NCBI GenBank assembly: GCA_963664405.1
Contig: OY761158.1
Span: 5,760,001 to 5,824,000, forward strand
Source: Thermoanaerobaculia bacterium
Lineage (GTDB): Bacteria > Acidobacteriota > Thermoanaerobaculia > Multivoradales > Multivoraceae
Direction: 5' to 3'
DNA: 64,000 nt
This document shows positions 60,070 to 64,000 of the stretch, one piece after another; the stretch's first letter is position 1, and each line of letters starts with the position of its first letter. A program made the position numbers and the translations under genes. The notes below the pieces were generated by a model. The model was not told where the DNA came from and did not search any database. It saw only the letters and a list, made by a program, of their open reading frames with translations.

Positions 60070-61299
60070 TCAGGGTACTTTCACTTCATCGCCGTCGGCG
60101 AGATCGTCGGGCCCCTGGACGACCACTCGCTCGCCGCCGCGTAGGCCGGCGATCACTCCGACTAGCTTTCCTCGCTCTGGACCCAAGGTCACAGCTCGTC
60201 GCTCTACGGCGCCCCCGCCGTACACGAAGACGATGTCACGACCGCCGTCGCTTCGTACCGCTGTCGCGGGTACCAGTACCGTCGGGACCGCCTCCTCTTC
60301 ATTCTCGGCCTCGACGCTCTCGCCGAGAAAAGAGACCTTGGCTCCCATGTCGGGTAGAAGGCGTGGGTCGAGCTCGTCGAAGGCTATGCGTACTCGCACG
60401 GTCGCCTTCTGTCGATCCGCAGCCGGCACGGTGGTGATCACCGAGGCCGGGATCTTCCAGCCCTGATAAGCGTCGAGAGTCGCGATCACCTTCTGACCCG
60501 GCTTGACTCGATTGATATACGACTCGTTGACGTCGACCTCGATTTCCAGCGAGCTCATGTCGACGAGCGTACAGATGCCGGTGCGAGTGAAGCCGCCACC
60601 GGCGGAAACCGGCGAGATCATCTCTCCCGGCTGCGCGTTCTTGGTGATCACGACACCACTGAAAGGAGCGCGGATGACCGTGTCGGCGAGCTCTTGACGG
60701 CGCAGCTCGAGCTGCCGCTCCGTAACCTTGATGTCTTCGCGATTGCGAGCCACTCGGGCCTTCAATGCCTCCACTTCCGCCTCGGCGGTATCGAGGTCGG
60801 CCTCTGTCGTCACCCCCGCCCTGACCAACTCCTGTGTTCGCCGTAAGTCGATCTCAGCCTCGTCGAGCCGCACCTCGGCCTCGACCAGAGCGCTGCGTGC
60901 CGCGGCGATCTGAGCCTCCCCGAGCGCCACCTGGCGAGAGGCCATCGAGTCGTCGAGGCGGGCCAGGATCTGGCCCTCTACGACCTCGAGGCCTTCTTCC
61001 ACCCTGATCTCGACGATCTTGCCTGTGATTTTCGACGACACGGTCGCTTGCAGCCTGGCCACGACATAGCCGGAGGCGTCGAGTACCGTTTCACGACTCG
61101 AGGCAGAGCTGCTCGCTTCCGCGACTTCCGCCAGCGTCACGGCCGGCACGGACTCCTTAGCGAACCACCAAAAGACGGCGCCGGCCACGACGACGATGAC
61201 CAGGCTGATGACCAGGAGTGCCTTTCTCGGCGTCCTCGACCGGTCGCGCTGCTCGCGGTCTATTCGCAGCTCTGCAATTCGCTCGCGTGATGTGCTCAT
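60070..61299 (-). CDS. Efflux periplasmic adaptor (MacA-like)
   Basis: N-terminal TM, VSSKITGKI, IRAPFSGVV, EVDVNE, LLPDM. Confidence 0.92.
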   Translation of the reverse strand: MSTSRERIAELRIDREQRDRSRTPRKALLVISLVIVVVAGAVFWWFAKESVPAVTLAEVAEASSSASSRETVLDASGYVVARLQATVSSKITGKIVEIRVEEGLEVVEGQILARLDDSMASRQVALGEAQIAAARSALVEAEVRLDEAEIDLRRTQELVRAGVTTEADLDTAEAEVEALKARVARNREDIKVTERQLELRRQELADTVIRAPFSGVVITKNAQPGEMISPVSAGGGFTRTGICTLVDMSSLEIEVDVNESYINRVKPGQKVIATLDAYQGWKIPASVITTVPAADRQKATVRVRIAFDELDPRLLPDMGAKVSFLGESVEAENEEEAVPTVLVPATAVRSDGGRDIVFVYGGGAVERRAVTLGPERGKLVGVIAGLRGGERVVVQGPDDLADGDEVKVP

Positions 61300-61327
61300 T
61301 TAAGTTTCTTAGCGGGGAAAAGTGGCG

Positions 61328-62185
61328 AGCCGTAGGCAGTGGTAGTCATCACCTCCGTAGGTTCTGGGTGCGCCGTCCTGGGCGCCATGTTCACTAGCCG
61401 CAGGAAATGATAGCAATCATTTCCGGAGATTCTGGGTGCGCCGTCCTCGGCGCCATGTTCACTAGCCGCAGGAAATGATAGCGATCATTTCCGGAGATTC
61501 TGGGTGCGCCGTCCTGGGCGCCATGTTCACTAGCCGCAGGAAATGATAGCGATCATTTCCGGAGATTCTGGGTGCGCCGTCCTCGGCGCCATGTTCACTA
61601 GCCGCAGGAGAAATGATAGCGATCATTTCCGGAGATTCTGGGTGCGCCGTCCTCGGCGCCATGTTCACTAGCCGCAGGAAATGATAGCGATCATTTCCGG
61701 AGGTTCTCGATGCGCCGTCCTGGGCGCCATGTTCACTAGCCGCAGGAAATGATAGCGATCATTTCCGGAGATTCTGGGTGCGCCGTCCTGGGCGCCATGT
61801 TCACTAGCCGCAGGAGAAATGATAGCGATCATTTCCGGAGGTTCTCGATGCGCCGTCCTGGGCGCCATGTTCACTAGCCGCAGGAAATGATAGCGATCAT
61901 TTCCGGAGATTCTGGGTGCGCCGTCCTGGGCGCCATGTTCACTAGCCGCAGGAGAAATGATAGCGATCATTTCCGGAGGTTCTCGATGCGCCGTCCTGGG
62001 CGCCATGTTCACTAGCCGCAGGAGAAATGATAGCGATCATTTCCGGAGATTCTGGGTGCGCCGTCCTCGGCGCCATGTTCACTAGCCGCAGGAAATGATA
62101 GCGATCATTTCCGGAGATTCTGGGTGCGCCGTCCTCGGCGCCATGTTCACTAGCCGCAGGAAATGATCGCGATCATTTCCGGAGG
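61328..62185. repeat. Tandem array of 12 full 68/70-bp double-hairpin (REP/BIME-like) units plus a degenerate partial unit
   Basis: CTAGCC at 61394, 61462, 61530, 61598, 61668, 61736, 61804, 61874, 61942, 62012, 62082 and 62150. Each unit has GCGCC..GGCGC and GAAATGAT-4nt-ATCATTTC stems. Confidence 0.95.
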
Positions 62186-63070
62186 CTAGGCGAGGAGTTG
62201 CTGGAGTGCGGACGATACCGTTTCTGGCCTTTGCGAGGGCAGATTGTGCCCGGCACCTTGGACGATGTGTCGCCCCGCCAGCGAAGTGAATCGATCTTGG
62301 TCGGCGGCTGGATCGGGCGAGGGTCGGCCGAAGCCCCGATCGGCGCCGTGTAGCACGATCGCTGGAACCGTCACCCTCGGCCGCTCCGCCAGTTGTTGCT
62401 CGGCAGCGATGAAGCGCTCCTCTCCGGGTGCGTTGCGGTGTCGGTGACGATAAGAGTGAATCACGACATCGACGAAGTCGGGGTTGTCGAATGAGACCGC
62501 GGAGCGCTCGAAAGTCTCGTCGCTGAACTCCCAACCGGGCGACCACGTCTCCCACAGATATCTCGTGATCTCACGCCGATTCGCCTCGAGTCCCGCCCTT
62601 CCGCGGTCGGTATTGAAGTACCACTGATACCAGAGGCGCGCCTCGGCGACGGCCGTTGCTGGGGCTGAGGTGTTCACCGTGTCCTGCACCGAATAGCCGC
62701 CGATAGAGAGCTGCGCCCGTACCCGCTCTGGATGAAGGATCGAGGTGATACAGGCGGCCCGGTTCCCCCAATCGAAACCGGCGAGCGCAAACTCATCCAG
62801 TTCGAGTGCGTCGGCGAAGTCGATCACGTCCTGGCCGATCGCGGCCTGCTCCGCCATCCGCGGAGCCGAGGAGTCGCGAAAACGTGTGGGGCCGTAGCCC
62901 CGAAAGTAGGGCACGAGGACTCGGTATCCGGCGTCGCCGAGCGGCGGCACCGTCTCGTCCCAGGTGCGAACGTCGTAGGGGAAGCCGTGAAGGAGGATGA
63001 TCGGAAATCCGCCGGTATCTCCGCTTTCTTCGAAACCGATGTCGAGCACCGGAGTCTGGATCATTGGCAT
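62186..63070 (-). CDS. Alpha/beta hydrolase (epoxide hydrolase-like)
   Basis: LHGFP, RGYG, GFDWG, WYQWYF, AGHN. Confidence 0.9.
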   Translation of the reverse strand: MPMIQTPVLDIGFEESGDTGGFPIILLHGFPYDVRTWDETVPPLGDAGYRVLVPYFRGYGPTRFRDSSAPRMAEQAAIGQDVIDFADALELDEFALAGFDWGNRAACITSILHPERVRAQLSIGGYSVQDTVNTSAPATAVAEARLWYQWYFNTDRGRAGLEANRREITRYLWETWSPGWEFSDETFERSAVSFDNPDFVDVVIHSYRHRHRNAPGEERFIAAEQQLAERPRVTVPAIVLHGADRGFGRPSPDPAADQDRFTSLAGRHIVQGAGHNLPSQRPETVSSALQQLLA

Positions 63071-63083
63071 GGCTTGATCCCCC

Positions 63084-64000
63084 TTAGAGGTCGAGCCACT
63101 GGCCCGATTGCATCACCCACTCGATCGCGCGAGTATTCCCGATCTCGATCCTTGGATCGGCTCCGAGGATCACCAGATCTGCGATCTTTCCCGCCGCGAG
63201 CACTCCGAACTCAGCATCCCGGCCTTCCAGCACGCGCGCAGAATTGCCTGTTGCCGCGGCAATCGCTTCCATTGGGGTGAGGCCGGCGGCGACCAGTTGT
63301 GCCATCTCGTGATGCGTTCCCCAGCCGAAGGCGATCTGGCCGACCCCGCTGTCGGAGCCGACCGCGATCATCACACCGGCGTCATGCATGGTCTTGATGA
63401 AGCTCTGAGCCAAGGCGAAGTCGGCTTTCAGCTTTGCGAGGTTGGGGTTGGCGAGTAGCTGTTGGCGCCCCCCGGGCTGGAGCAGACGATCGGCCTTGGC
63501 CGCGGTGAAGGCCTGGCGGAAGTCTTCAGCGTGGAGATCGTCGGGGTTTTCGGCCAGGTACCAGAAGTGCTGAGCCTGGCCGAGAGCCGGCGCGAAAGAG
63601 AGACCCTTCTCCACTGCGTAGGCGACGAAAGAGGCGTCGACCTCGTGATCCCGCACACTGTGCACGAAATCGGTCACACCGATGTCGGCGAGCTGTCTCA
63701 CGTCTTCTTCGTCGTAGATGTGTGCCGCGGCAGGAATACCGTGCGTCGCCGCTTCCCTGACGATGGCCTCCCGGATCTCGGGAGTGATCTTGGTGACCGT
63801 GCCGAACTTGGTGTCGACCCACATCTTGACCACGTCCACCTCTTGCGTCGCCAGCTCTCGAACCCGCCAGCGGACCTCGTTCACGTCGGTCGGCAGAAAC
63901 CCGCGACCGTCCTCGGGACTGGAGAAGCCGCGGCCGGCGGTGAAGATACGGGGGGCTCGGATCTCTCCGGCTCTCGCCTTGGCGATGATCGCGAGATTTT
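63084..64000 (-). CDS. Amidohydrolase family protein (5' end outside window)
   Basis: IFTAGRG, VVKMW, AAH, VGSDSG, GKIADLVIL. Confidence 0.85.
   Translation of the reverse strand, partial: NLAIIAKARAGEIRAPRIFTAGRGFSSPEDGRGFLPTDVNEVRWRVRELATQEVDVVKMWVDTKFGTVTKITPEIREAIVREAATHGIPAAAHIYDEEDVRQLADIGVTDFVHSVRDHEVDASFVAYAVEKGLSFAPALGQAQHFWYLAENPDDLHAEDFRQAFTAAKADRLLQPGGRQQLLANPNLAKLKADFALAQSFIKTMHDAGVMIAVGSDSGVGQIAFGWGTHHEMAQLVAAGLTPMEAIAAATGNSARVLEGRDAEFGVLAAGKIADLVILGADPRIEIGNTRAIEWVMQSGQWLDL

Noticed and set aside
61328-62185. CRISPR array
   Set aside because: No unique spacers; the whole unit repeats, and no cas genes are in the window.
61462-62555. Repetitive ORFs (MNMAPRTAH...) in the array
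   Set aside because: The unit length is not a multiple of 3, frames shift and stop; these are by-products of the repeat.

Overview
High-GC bacterial chromosomal window. A C-terminal domain at ~52.0-52.3 kb and the DUF3604/DUF5916 gene content suggest Acidobacteriota, but this is inference. Core and metabolic genes include upp, thiC, egtB, aceE-aceF-lpdA, an acyl-CoA synthetase, amidohydrolases, transporters and an ABC/MacAB-type efflux operon. Main non-obvious content: (1) a decayed ~9.2 kb integrative, plasmid-like element (3707-12906) with a large serine recombinase, RepA_C replicon with iterons, oriT/mobC and an AbiE-like pair. It sits in a tRNA-3'-end-like pseudo-site, and the recombinase C-terminus appears split across the two att junctions. 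(2) Two convergent selenoprotein genes that the ORF track splits at in-frame TGA codons (PrdB/GrdB-like UxxC and AhpD-like CxxU), each with a SECIS-like hairpin whose loop starts 17 nt after the UGA. The AhpD-like gene overlaps thiC (ATGA). (3) A TPP riboswitch upstream of thiC with an extra hairpin inserted between P4 and P5. (4) Tandem NrdR-box-like sites upstream of a histone H1-like gene. (5) Three copies of a ~163 bp palindromic MITE, each at a TAG stop, and a 12-unit 68/70 bp REP-like tandem array. Several abrupt gene-fragment junctions could reflect genome decay or assembly chimerism. All family assignments come from motif recognition by eye; no database searches were run.
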